DNA of 64,000 nucleotides from Deltaproteobacteria bacterium (GTDB lineage Bacteria; Desulfobacterota; Desulfuromonadia; Geobacterales; JAJYBI01): NCBI GenBank assembly GCA_021779095.1, contig JAJYBI010000015.1, positions 10,344 to 74,343 of the forward strand, read 5' to 3'. Shown piece by piece: positions 8,681 to 17,060 of this stretch (position 1 is its first letter; each line of letters starts with the position of its first letter). The notes under the pieces were generated by a model. It saw only the letters and a program-made list of their open reading frames with translations, ran no database searches and was not told where the DNA came from. The position numbers and the translations under genes were made by a program.

Positions 8681-9286
8681 ATGGAACAACTGATTCGACA
8701 TCTCAAAGGGCGGTTCGTTGCCGGTCTCATCGTGGTGGTGCCGCTGGGGATCACCATCTTTGCCCTGAAGTTCCTGTTCAACGTGGCGGACGGGATCCTC
8801 GGCCCGTACCTGGCGGCGATCTACCGGCTGCTAACGCAGCACGAGGGGTACATCCCCGGCCTCGGCATGATCACCGGCGCGATCGTGATCTACCTGGCGG
8901 GGTTCCTGGCCACCAACGTCTTCGGCGACCGGTTGCTCAAGTGGTGGGACGCGTTCGTGTCCCGCATCCCGCTCGTGAAGTCGATCTACAGCTCCAGCAA
9001 GCAGCTGATCCAGGTGTTTCAGGACGGCAAGACCACCTACCGCCGGGCGGTGTGCGTGGAGTGGCCGCGGCCGGGGGTTCGGGCGATCGGTTTCGTGACG
9101 GGAGAGACCGTCCGGGATGGGGAGCGGCTGGTGGTGGTCTATGTGCCGACCATGCCCAACCCCACCTCGGGGTTCGCCCTCTTCTTCCGGGAGTCGGAGG
9201 TGATGGACTGCGGCATGTCGGTGGAGGATGCGGTGAAGTTCGTCGTCTCCGGCGGTGTGGTTATCCCCGGGTCTTCTGCAGGGTAA
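8681..9286 (+). CDS. DUF502-family membrane protein
   Basis: FVAGLIVVVPLGIT, RIPLVKSIYSSSKQL, VYVPTMPNPTSGF, KFVVSGG; GGAGG RBS before ATG 8681. Confidence 0.9.
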   Translation: MEQLIRHLKGRFVAGLIVVVPLGITIFALKFLFNVADGILGPYLAAIYRLLTQHEGYIPGLGMITGAIVIYLAGFLATNVFGDRLLKWWDAFVSRIPLVKSIYSSSKQLIQVFQDGKTTYRRAVCVEWPRPGVRAIGFVTGETVRDGERLVVVYVPTMPNPTSGFALFFRESEVMDCGMSVEDAVKFVVSGGVVIPGSSAG

Positions 9287-11036
9287 AGGAGAAGGTGGAA
9301 CCGGAGCCGTGGACGGAGGAGACCGAGATGGTGCCGCCATGGATCTGGACGATATGCTTCACGATGGAGAGTCCGAGTCCCGTACCCCCCTGGTCGCGGC
9401 TGCGGGCGGCGTCCACCCGGTAGAACCGTTCGAAGATACGGGAGAGGTCCTTCTCCGGGATACCGATGCCGGAGTCGGTCACCGACACCCGTACCATCTC
9501 CCCCTCGTCCGCGACGGAGATACCGACGCTGCCCCCCTCGGGGGTGTACTTGATGGCGTTGTCCAGGAGATTGACCACCACCTGTTCCAGGCGGCCCCGG
9601 TCTCCCAGTACCTGCGGGAGCTGGGACGGGATGGTGCAGGAGACGGCGATCCCCTTCTGCTGCGCCTTCGGCTCCAGGAGCGTGACGACCCGCCGGACGA
9701 TGCCGTCCAGTGCCAGGGGGTGCCGCTCCATCCCCAGGTCGCCGGATTCGATCTCCGACAGGGTCAGAAGGTCGCCGATGAGATGGGCCAGCCGTTCCGA
9801 ATGGCTGTAGATGATCTCGATGAACCGGGTGGCGCGCTCCGGGTTCTCCGAGAGTCCGCCGGAGAGGAGCGTTTCCGCGTACCCCTTGATGATGGTGACC
9901 GGGGTGCGCAGCTCGTGGGAGACGTTCGCCACGAAATCCCGCCGGATCTTTTCCAGCCGCTTGTGGTCGCTGATGTCGTGGAAGACGGCCACCACCCCCT
10001 GCACGGTCCCGTTGTCCAGGAGCGGCACCCAGTGGGTCATGATGGTCTTCTCCTCGGGAAGGCGCAGGGTGATCTCCTCCAGCTGCTCGTTGCCGCTTCC
10101 CACCACCTTCCGGAACCCCTCGTGCAGGGCGGGGTGCCGGGTCAGTTCGATGAGCGGCCGCCCTTCCACCTCTTCCTTCAGGGCAAAGAGGGTGCGGAAC
10201 GCCGGGTTCGTGAGGGTTACGACCCCCCTGGTGTCGGCCACCATGAGCCCTTCTCCCATCCCCCGCAGGATGGTGTCCAGCCGGCTCTTTTCAGCGGAAA
10301 TCCGTTCCAGTTGCCCGGAGATCCGTGCGCTCATGTCGTTCATGACCGTTGCCAGCTCTCCCAGTTCATCCTTCGTGGTTACCGGAATCCGGCTGTCGAA
10401 GGCGCCGCGGCCGATGCGGGCCGCCGCCGCGGTCATGGTGCGCAGGGTGCGGGAGGTCATGTTGGAGAGGGCATAGCTCAAGATGAGCGACACGAGGAAT
10501 GCCAGGGAGAGCGCGGCGAACAGGGCGGCGTGGAGGCTCTGTCGTGCCTTGTCTACGGCGGTAAGCGGCAGGGCGAGCCGCAGGAACCCCGCATCGCCGC
10601 CGCGTTCGGCTAAAGGCATCGCCACGTAGATCATGGGGGTCTGCAGGGTGGTGGAGTAGCGGATGGAGCTCCCGGTGCCGGTTTTGAGAGCATCCTGCAC
10701 CTCGGGCCGGTGCAGGTGGTTCTCCAGCTCGGGCAGCCGGGACGGTTTCACCTCCGAATCGCCGACGACCACACCGGCGGCGGTGATGATGGTGACCCGC
10801 GCCCGGATCTTCCGGCCGATGGCGGCCGCCAGCGCAGGTGCATCGTTGTGCAGGTCCGGATTGTCCTGCACGACGGAGAACTTCGCCAGGCGGAGCTCGC
10901 TCGTAAGGTTGTCGCGGATACCGGCGATCATCTGCCGTTCCAGGTTGGTGGAGAGGTAGGCGTAGATGGTCCCCGCCAGAAGCAGCGTCAGCAGGAGGTA
11001 CGATCCCATCAGCTTCCAGCGGATGTTGACCCTCAT
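9261..11036 (-). CDS. phoR: Phosphate regulon sensor histidine kinase PhoR (HAMP-PAS-HisKA-HATPase)
   Basis: RRDFVANVSHELRTPVT, NLLDNAIKYT, DSGIGI, RIFERFYRVD, GGTGLGLSIVKH. ATG 11036 overlaps the phoB stop. Confidence 0.93.
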   Translation of the reverse strand: MRVNIRWKLMGSYLLLTLLLAGTIYAYLSTNLERQMIAGIRDNLTSELRLAKFSVVQDNPDLHNDAPALAAAIGRKIRARVTIITAAGVVVGDSEVKPSRLPELENHLHRPEVQDALKTGTGSSIRYSTTLQTPMIYVAMPLAERGGDAGFLRLALPLTAVDKARQSLHAALFAALSLAFLVSLILSYALSNMTSRTLRTMTAAAARIGRGAFDSRIPVTTKDELGELATVMNDMSARISGQLERISAEKSRLDTILRGMGEGLMVADTRGVVTLTNPAFRTLFALKEEVEGRPLIELTRHPALHEGFRKVVGSGNEQLEEITLRLPEEKTIMTHWVPLLDNGTVQGVVAVFHDISDHKRLEKIRRDFVANVSHELRTPVTIIKGYAETLLSGGLSENPERATRFIEIIYSHSERLAHLIGDLLTLSEIESGDLGMERHPLALDGIVRRVVTLLEPKAQQKGIAVSCTIPSQLPQVLGDRGRLEQVVVNLLDNAIKYTPEGGSVGISVADEGEMVRVSVTDSGIGIPEKDLSRIFERFYRVDAARSRDQGGTGLGLSIVKHIVQIHGGTISVSSVHGSGSTFSFTLQKTRG

Positions 11037-11713
11037 TCTTCCTCCAGTTTGTAGCCGAATCCCCTGATGGTCTTGATCAGTTCGCCCGCCTCTCCCAGCT
11101 TGGTGCGCAGTCGGGTGATATGGGTGTCCACCGTGCGGGTGTCCCCCACGTAGTTGTAGCCCCAGACGTTCTTCAGGAGGAGGTCGCGGCTCTGGACGCG
11201 GCCGATCCGCTCCGCCAGGTTGAGGAGCAGCTTGAACTCCGTGGTGGTCAGCACGATCTCCTCGTCGGCGATGCGGACCTGATGGCGGTCGGTATCGATG
11301 ACGATCGGGCCGACGGTGATGGCCCTCCCCGCCTCTTTTTCGGGAAGGGAGCGGCGCAGGACCGCCTTGATCCGGAGGAGCAGCTCGCGGCTGGAGAACG
11401 GTTTGACGATGTAGTCGTCCGCCCCCACCTCGAACCCCACGACCCGGTCGATCTCCTCGCCGCGTGCGGTGAGCATGATGACCGGTACGGTTGCGGTCTT
11501 TTCCTGTTTCCGTAGGGTCTTGCACAGCTCGGTCCCCATCATGCCCGGCAGCATCAGGTCGAGCAGAATAAGGTCCGGGGTGGAACGGCGGGCCGCTTCC
11601 AGCCCTTCCTTGCCGTCCAGCGCGATGACGGTCCGGTACCCCTCTTTCTCCAGGTTGTAGGCCACCAGTTCCGCCAGGTCTTTTTCGTCTTCGATGATGA
11701 GAACCGTCTTCAT
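11033..11713 (-). CDS. phoB: Phosphate regulon response regulator PhoB (OmpR family)
   Basis: Receiver (ED, DLMLP, GADDYIVKPF) plus winged helix (RTVDTHITRLRTKL, TIRGFGY); pst context. Confidence 0.92.
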   Translation of the reverse strand: MKTVLIIEDEKDLAELVAYNLEKEGYRTVIALDGKEGLEAARRSTPDLILLDLMLPGMMGTELCKTLRKQEKTATVPVIMLTARGEEIDRVVGFEVGADDYIVKPFSSRELLLRIKAVLRRSLPEKEAGRAITVGPIVIDTDRHQVRIADEEIVLTTTEFKLLLNLAERIGRVQSRDLLLKNVWGYNYVGDTRTVDTHITRLRTKLGEAGELIKTIRGFGYKLEEE

Positions 11714-11749
11714 GTTTTCCCCTTGGGCATATGGTGCATGCTACGTTCG

Positions 11750-11807
11750 TATATACAGGGAGAGTGTTGCAATCGTGTTACGGTAGGGTGAACAGCGTGT
11801 TATATCG
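11750..11807 (-). promoter_or_regulatory. Autoregulatory Pho-box promoter of phoBR
   Basis: Plus-strand 11-mers GTGTTGCAATC/GTGTTACGGTA/GGGTGAACAGC/GTGTTATATCG at 11764, 11775, 11786 and 11797; -10 TATATA at 11755-11750. Confidence 0.8.
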
Positions 11808-11819
11808 GGCAGATGTGAG

Positions 11820-11854
11820 TATTCCACACAATCTGTGGAAAGGGTTGTGGAAAA
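11820..11854. promoter_or_regulatory. DnaA-box-like cluster A
   Basis: TATTCCACA (11820), inverted TGTGGAAAG (11834) and TGTGGAAAA (11846; reverse complement TTTTCCACA fits TTWTNCACA). Confidence 0.55.
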
Positions 11855-12115
11855 TGGATGTATAGTGCGACGAACCGGTTTGAAATACGGTACATTCTGC
11901 AAATTGCCTAATATGTCGGCAGGGTGACACTGCCGGTTCGGCAATAAAAAACGTAATGATTTCAATGCTGTATTGTAACGTGGCGAAATGTGGTGATAAT
12001 GCGTCTGTCAAGCTCTTTCTGGGACATGGCGTCGTTGCGAACTCTGCCGGGCAGAAAGAAACAAGGACCATGACGCCGGCCCTTGCCGCATGGTGGATGA
12101 ACTGCGGGGGGGGGG

Positions 12116-12466
12116 TCAGTCGATGACGGTGCCCCGGGTCTCGCTGTCGAGGATGTCGATGAGTGTCCGTGGTGTAAGCGGACAGACCTGACGGGAGCCG
12201 TCGTCCCGGACCCATTCGACCAGTTCCTCCCCCGTTTTCTGGGTAACGGCAAACCGCCTGCCGCATACCCGTTCCACCTGCTCCCGCATCTCGGTCATGG
12301 TCAGCAGGTCGAATCCGCCGAACTCGTGCCCGCTCTCCACCTGGGCGAGAAACCGTTCGATCAGGTCGTAGTCGAGGAAGTCCTCCTCTTTGCGCCAGAC
12401 CCTGATGAAGTGCTGATCCGGTCTCCGCTGCGCGTTGACGGAGTTGACGATCTCCGAACCTCTCAT
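12116..12466 (-). CDS. Hypothetical protein (116 aa)
   Basis: GGGAGG RBS before ATG 12466; globular protein-like composition. Confidence 0.7.
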   Translation of the reverse strand: MRGSEIVNSVNAQRRPDQHFIRVWRKEEDFLDYDLIERFLAQVESGHEFGGFDLLTMTEMREQVERVCGRRFAVTQKTGEELVEWVRDDGSRQVCPLTPRTLIDILDSETRGTVID

Positions 12467-12666
12467 GGTGCACCTCCCGGCCTGCCGGACCTCCGCACGG
12501 CCCGTACTGCCGCGTGTTGAGATGTTTCTGGTTTCAGTATACCCCTGATCCGGTGAATGGCAAAGCAGACTGGACGGTCGTCCGGCCATCGGGATGGGGC
12601 GGGTTGGCATCCCGTCCGCATGCGATATACTTGCAGCATACCAATCTGCTGTGCAAGGAGGGGGCC

Positions 12667-13014
12667 ATGGCTGAGAACGACAAAACTGCGATGGTAGGTG
12701 CGCTCATGCTGGTTGCCGGAGGGATCATCGGCGCGGGGGTTGCGCTTCTGTTCGCACCGCAGTCCGGTGAGCGGACGAGGCGGGACATCACGCGGTACGT
12801 GAAGCGGACGAAACGGCGGGCGGGTGAGCTGGCGGAGGATTTCGCGGATTCCGTCTCGGAGATGGTCGATGCGGTGAGCGACAAGGCCTCGGAACTTGTC
12901 GAGCAGGGAAAGGATATGGCCCACGACGCGAAACGTGACCTCCTGAAGGCGATCGACGATGGTCAGGCGGCGCTGCAGCGGCAGCGTGCAAAACTTTCCA
13001 GGCTGATCGACTGA
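12667..13014 (+). CDS. YtxH-domain protein
   Basis: GGIIGAGVALLFAPQSGERTR motif followed by a coiled-coil; AAGGAGG RBS. Confidence 0.9.
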   Translation: MAENDKTAMVGALMLVAGGIIGAGVALLFAPQSGERTRRDITRYVKRTKRRAGELAEDFADSVSEMVDAVSDKASELVEQGKDMAHDAKRDLLKAIDDGQAALQRQRAKLSRLID

Positions 13015-13017
13015 CGG

Positions 13018-13683
13018 CTACGGCCGGGGCGGCAGGGCAGCCTGCGGACTCCGGACGAACGTTATGTCCCCATACCAGGCAGTGACCTCGTCTCCGGTAT
13101 TATCCGTGTCGGTCATGACCGCGACGGCCCCCACCGGGGGCGGGTCGCTGCCGAACGCCTTCCGGTAGTCCTCGTAGATGTTCCGCTCTTCCGTGACCCA
13201 TGTCCCGGCCTTCCCGTTTCCCGATTCGACGGCAATGACGGCGCTGTTGGAGGTGTAGGGGCTCGATGCGAACGACCCTTTCGGCATCCTGGATGCCCAG
13301 ACGTAGTTCAGCGCCCGGTTCTGCCATTTGAAGAACCCGCGCGGAAAGATCACATAGACCCGCGCCGCGAAGTCGTCGCCCGATTTCCGGGTTACATCCT
13401 CGCGCGGGAGGGGACGCTCCACGTTCCAGGACCAGCGCACGATGGGGTAGTCGGCCGGTTTGAAGGAGACTTTTTTGAGGAGTCCCGAAGCGGCGTGGTT
13501 GCTGTACGCCTGCAAAGCGGTCCGTCCGTCGTGCTGGGTAATGGTGTAGACGGTCTTACCGTTGAAGTCCATGTTTCCCCAGCCGGTCAGGTCGCCGGCG
13601 CTGAACCTGCCGGCGGCGATTTCACTCCCGCTGACGGGGAGTGCCAGCATGGCGGCCACGGTGAGAAAGGCAACGAGTTTCAT
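13018..13683 (-). CDS. DUF3047-domain periplasmic protein
   Basis: Signal peptide; WSWNV, KSGDDFAARVYVIF, ALNYVWAS, VMTDTDNTG...AWYGDI. Confidence 0.9.
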   Translation of the reverse strand: MKLVAFLTVAAMLALPVSGSEIAAGRFSAGDLTGWGNMDFNGKTVYTITQHDGRTALQAYSNHAASGLLKKVSFKPADYPIVRWSWNVERPLPREDVTRKSGDDFAARVYVIFPRGFFKWQNRALNYVWASRMPKGSFASSPYTSNSAVIAVESGNGKAGTWVTEERNIYEDYRKAFGSDPPPVGAVAVMTDTDNTGDEVTAWYGDITFVRSPQAALPPRP

Positions 13684-13731
13684 CGTATGGGACGCTCCTG
13701 GGTGCGTGATTGCAAGCTAGGTCAGTATACT

Positions 13732-14109
13732 TCAGGAGCCCGGATTTGCACATGATTTTGTTGCTTGCTGCATGGCGGGAGCGTGGTCGTCGAGGCGGAC
13801 GAGACCGGAATAACCGCCCTCCCAGGGGACGGAAAGGTGATGGGTGTCTGCACAGCGGGGACAGGAGAAGCGGGGGATACGGATGTGGATGTAGGCGATA
13901 TGGTCGAAAAAGTTGCGATGCAGCCAGGTCTCCAACTGGACCGCGTCGGGACATGAACTTTCCCCGCAGTGGGGACACGGCGCCGATTCACCCCACTGTG
14001 TCTCCACGGTGATGTCGATCCGTTTCTCGCTGTTCGAGAAGGAGATGGCGGTTATGCGCCATGGGTCAACAAGTCCGAGCGTCGCGGAGAATATCTGGGG
14101 CTGGATCAT
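13732..14109 (-). mobile_element. Stand-alone ISL3-family transposase N-terminal/zinc-ribbon domain (no DDE domain)
   Basis: LGLVDPWRI..., CPHCG...TWLHRNFF...YIHIRIPRFSCPRC...VPWE matches the ISL3 transposase N-terminus. The ORF ends after 125 aa. Confidence 0.7.
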
Positions 14110-14456
14110 GCCGGAGCGCCTTTGTCATCGACGGTAACGTGGTGCTGACTGTTCCTCGTGATTCAGTTTGCGTGCCACAATGAAGAGCTGACTGTCGCCG
14201 CACGCAGTGGCGAACGATGCCTGTACGGTCAGGCTGGGAGCCCTGTCGCGAAAATTGCCGGCCGGGTGGGGCGATTTCCTGAAAGATTAATAATTCAAAT
14301 TAGTTGTGCGCTTGCAGGGGAAAGTCCTCCGGATGTATTTTTGCAGCGGTTTGCAGCGGGCCGGTGGCCGGTTCTCTCCTTTTTAACTTCGTGTGACTCT
14401 GATATACTCCACACGTCCATGCGGGCGGCGTATGCCGTTCGCTCCTTCATCAATGG

Positions 14457-17060
14457 GTGACTATGGGTACTACGGTAAAGGGACATCTGCAAGCGGCCAG
14501 CATTCCCCCGCTGCTTCTGAAGCTGGTACTGGTGCTGTTTGTGGCGGAGCTGACGATCGACAGCCTTCTGCCGCAGCTGCTGCCGGCGGTGCTGCCTCTG
14601 CAGCGGACGTTGGCGGATGCGCTGATCCTTGCGCTGGTTACGGTTTTCGCCGCCTGGCAGCTGTTTTATCAACCGGTTGCATCGTCCCAAGGGAACGACC
14701 TCGCCCTGATACACACGTCGCTGGCAAAGCTTGCGCTTAACGCCGCCATCGTTACCTTCGTGGTCGAGCTGTCCACCATGGCCATCGTTCCGTACCTGCT
14801 CGGTGGGAGGGGAGTGGTAAGCTGGTGTCTTGTCGACGCCTCGCTGGTGGTCGCCATAAGCGCTCCCCTGCTCTGGCTGATTGCGGTGCGCACCCTTGAG
14901 GGAGGCAGACGGTTTTCGGCGAACTCGCTCTATTCCGGCAGTACCCTGCTCGTCAAGCTCCTGGCTGCGTTTCTCGCCATCGAGCTCGTCTCCCGCGGGA
15001 TGCTGCATCAGTTCGTTCCGGAAGACGAAACGGCCATCGTTGCCGTTGCCGAGATGCTGGTGGAGCCGATCCTCGTTTCCATCGTCATCTGGTGGCTCGT
15101 GCTCGAACCGCTCCGGCGGATGGCGGTATCGGAAAAGACCCGTTTCGACGCGGTCAGCCTGCAGATGGTGGACGCCGTCATCATCACCGACGGGCAGGGG
15201 ATGATCCTGACCCCCAATCCGGCGGCGGAACTCCTGTTCCGGTATGCCCCCGGCGAGATGGAGGGGGAGGGCGTCGGCATCCTGTTCCCCGGGGTTTCGT
15301 CGCTTGCTGCGCTCATGGGGGAAAACCGGATGGCCGGGCCGGCGTCGGTCGCCCGGGAGGTGGTCGGCCTGCGACGGGACGGGACGCAGGTCCACCTGGA
15401 CGTCACCGTCAGCAGGGTGGCGCAGGGGGAGCAGTCGATCTGCATGGCGATCATGCGCGACAATTCGGAGCGCAAGTGGGCCGAGGAGAGCCGTCTGCAT
15501 ACCATCTCCCTGCTGGAGGCGACGCTGGAATCCTCCGCCGACGGCATCCTCGTGGTGGACACGGACCGGAAGGTGCAGGTCTACAACCGGCGCTTCGCCG
15601 AGATGATGGACCTCCCCTCCGAGCTGGGTGCCACCAGCAACAGCCTCCGGTTCGTGGAGTATTTCAAGAAGCTGGTCACGAACCCCGAAGGGTTCGTCGA
15701 ACGTGTGGAAGAGCTGTACCGCCACCCGGATATGGAGGACTACAGCCTGGTTACGTTCCACGACGGCCGTGTCATCGAGCGGTATTCCAGGCCCCAGCGG
15801 CTCGGGGACAGGATCATCGGCCGGGTCTGGAGCTTCCGTGACGTCACGGCGCGTATCCAGACCGAACAGTCGCTGAAGGAAAGCGAGGAGCGGTTCCGGC
15901 AGATATTTGAACAGTCGGAGGATGCGATCATCCTGTTCGATCCCGCAACCTGCTCGATCATCGATGCCAACCCCACGACGGAAAAGATCTACGGATATGA
16001 CCGGAACGAGATCGTCGACCGCGGTCTCGGTGCGATTTGTACCCCGTCAAGCATCGTCAGGATGCGGGACTTCATCTGCGGCGATCACCGTGAAGGGGCG
16101 TTCCGTGCGGATATCATCGACAACCGGCGGAAGGACGGTACCGGGATCATCGTATCCGCCCGTGGCAAGACCATCCGTCTGCAGGGACGGGATGCCGTCT
16201 ACTGCACGTTCCGCGACATTACCGAGCGGATCAGGCTCGAAAAGGAGGCCAGTTCAATCCAGGCCAAGCTGATCCATACCAACAAGATGACGTCGCTGGG
16301 GATCATGGCGACGAGTATCGCCCACGAGATCAACAACCCGAACAACTACATCCTGGCCAACGCGCAGCTCTTGGAATCGGTCTGGCACGATGCGGAAGCC
16401 ATCATGGCGGAATATCTGGAACAGAACGGGGACTTTACGCTGGCCGGGCTCTCGTTTTCCGGGCAGCGCGACGCATTCCCCGGGATGATCACCGGGATCA
16501 GGGACGGGTCGGACCGGATCAGGGACATCGTCAGCAACCTGCGGGGGTTTGCCGGGCAGGGAACGGCGAATCTGCACGGGAACGTGGACTGCAACAAGGT
16601 TGTTTCCTTTGCGGTCACGCTCACGAGCCACCTCGTACCCCGTTATACCCGGCATTTCAGCGTCGAACTCGCCGATGAACTCCCCCCGGTGAAGGGAAAT
16701 ACCCGCCTGCTGGAACAGGTCGTGCTCAATCTGATCATGAATGCGCTCCAGTCCCTGCCGGATCCGGAACGGGGGGTATGGGTCTCAACCTGCCACGACC
16801 GTGACCGGGGGACCGTTTCCATTACGGTGCGGGACGAGGGTGCCGGCATGACGGAGGCGGTTGCCCACCGGATCATGGAACCGTTTTTCACCACGAAGCT
16901 GGACCGGGGGGGGAGCGGTCTGGGACTCTCCATTTCCCAGGCGATCGTCAGGGATCACGGCGGCACCATGGATTTCCGGTCCGAGCTTGGCAAGGGGACG
17001 GTTTTTATCGTATCGTTCCCGGCGTATCCCTTACATAAAGGAGCAGATGATGAAGCATAA
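14457..17060 (+). CDS. Membrane sensor histidine kinase (6 TM, 3 PAS, HisKA, HATPase_c; NtrB-like)
   Basis: IAHEINNPNN H-box, QVVLNLIMNA, DEGAGM, PFFTTK, GSGLGLSI. Start is GTG 14457 or ATG 14463. Confidence 0.92.
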   Translation: MTMGTTVKGHLQAASIPPLLLKLVLVLFVAELTIDSLLPQLLPAVLPLQRTLADALILALVTVFAAWQLFYQPVASSQGNDLALIHTSLAKLALNAAIVTFVVELSTMAIVPYLLGGRGVVSWCLVDASLVVAISAPLLWLIAVRTLEGGRRFSANSLYSGSTLLVKLLAAFLAIELVSRGMLHQFVPEDETAIVAVAEMLVEPILVSIVIWWLVLEPLRRMAVSEKTRFDAVSLQMVDAVIITDGQGMILTPNPAAELLFRYAPGEMEGEGVGILFPGVSSLAALMGENRMAGPASVAREVVGLRRDGTQVHLDVTVSRVAQGEQSICMAIMRDNSERKWAEESRLHTISLLEATLESSADGILVVDTDRKVQVYNRRFAEMMDLPSELGATSNSLRFVEYFKKLVTNPEGFVERVEELYRHPDMEDYSLVTFHDGRVIERYSRPQRLGDRIIGRVWSFRDVTARIQTEQSLKESEERFRQIFEQSEDAIILFDPATCSIIDANPTTEKIYGYDRNEIVDRGLGAICTPSSIVRMRDFICGDHREGAFRADIIDNRRKDGTGIIVSARGKTIRLQGRDAVYCTFRDITERIRLEKEASSIQAKLIHTNKMTSLGIMATSIAHEINNPNNYILANAQLLESVWHDAEAIMAEYLEQNGDFTLAGLSFSGQRDAFPGMITGIRDGSDRIRDIVSNLRGFAGQGTANLHGNVDCNKVVSFAVTLTSHLVPRYTRHFSVELADELPPVKGNTRLLEQVVLNLIMNALQSLPDPERGVWVSTCHDRDRGTVSITVRDEGAGMTEAVAHRIMEPFFTTKLDRGGSGLGLSISQAIVRDHGGTMDFRSELGKGTVFIVSFPAYPLHKGADDEA

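Noticed and set aside
9261-11525. 754-aa ORF-track version of phoR (likewise the extended pstA 5033-6436, cysM 46441-48267 and sigma-54 regulator 16861-18459)
   Set aside because: The N-terminal extensions are off-frame shadows of the upstream genes; real starts have an RBS or ATGA coupling and family-typical N-termini.
14331-14345. Sigma-54 promoter for the histidine kinase (also TGGCAT-N5-CCGC near 12605 for ytxH)
   Set aside because: GG-N10-GC spacing fits, but one of the two elements is poor in each case; too weak without data.
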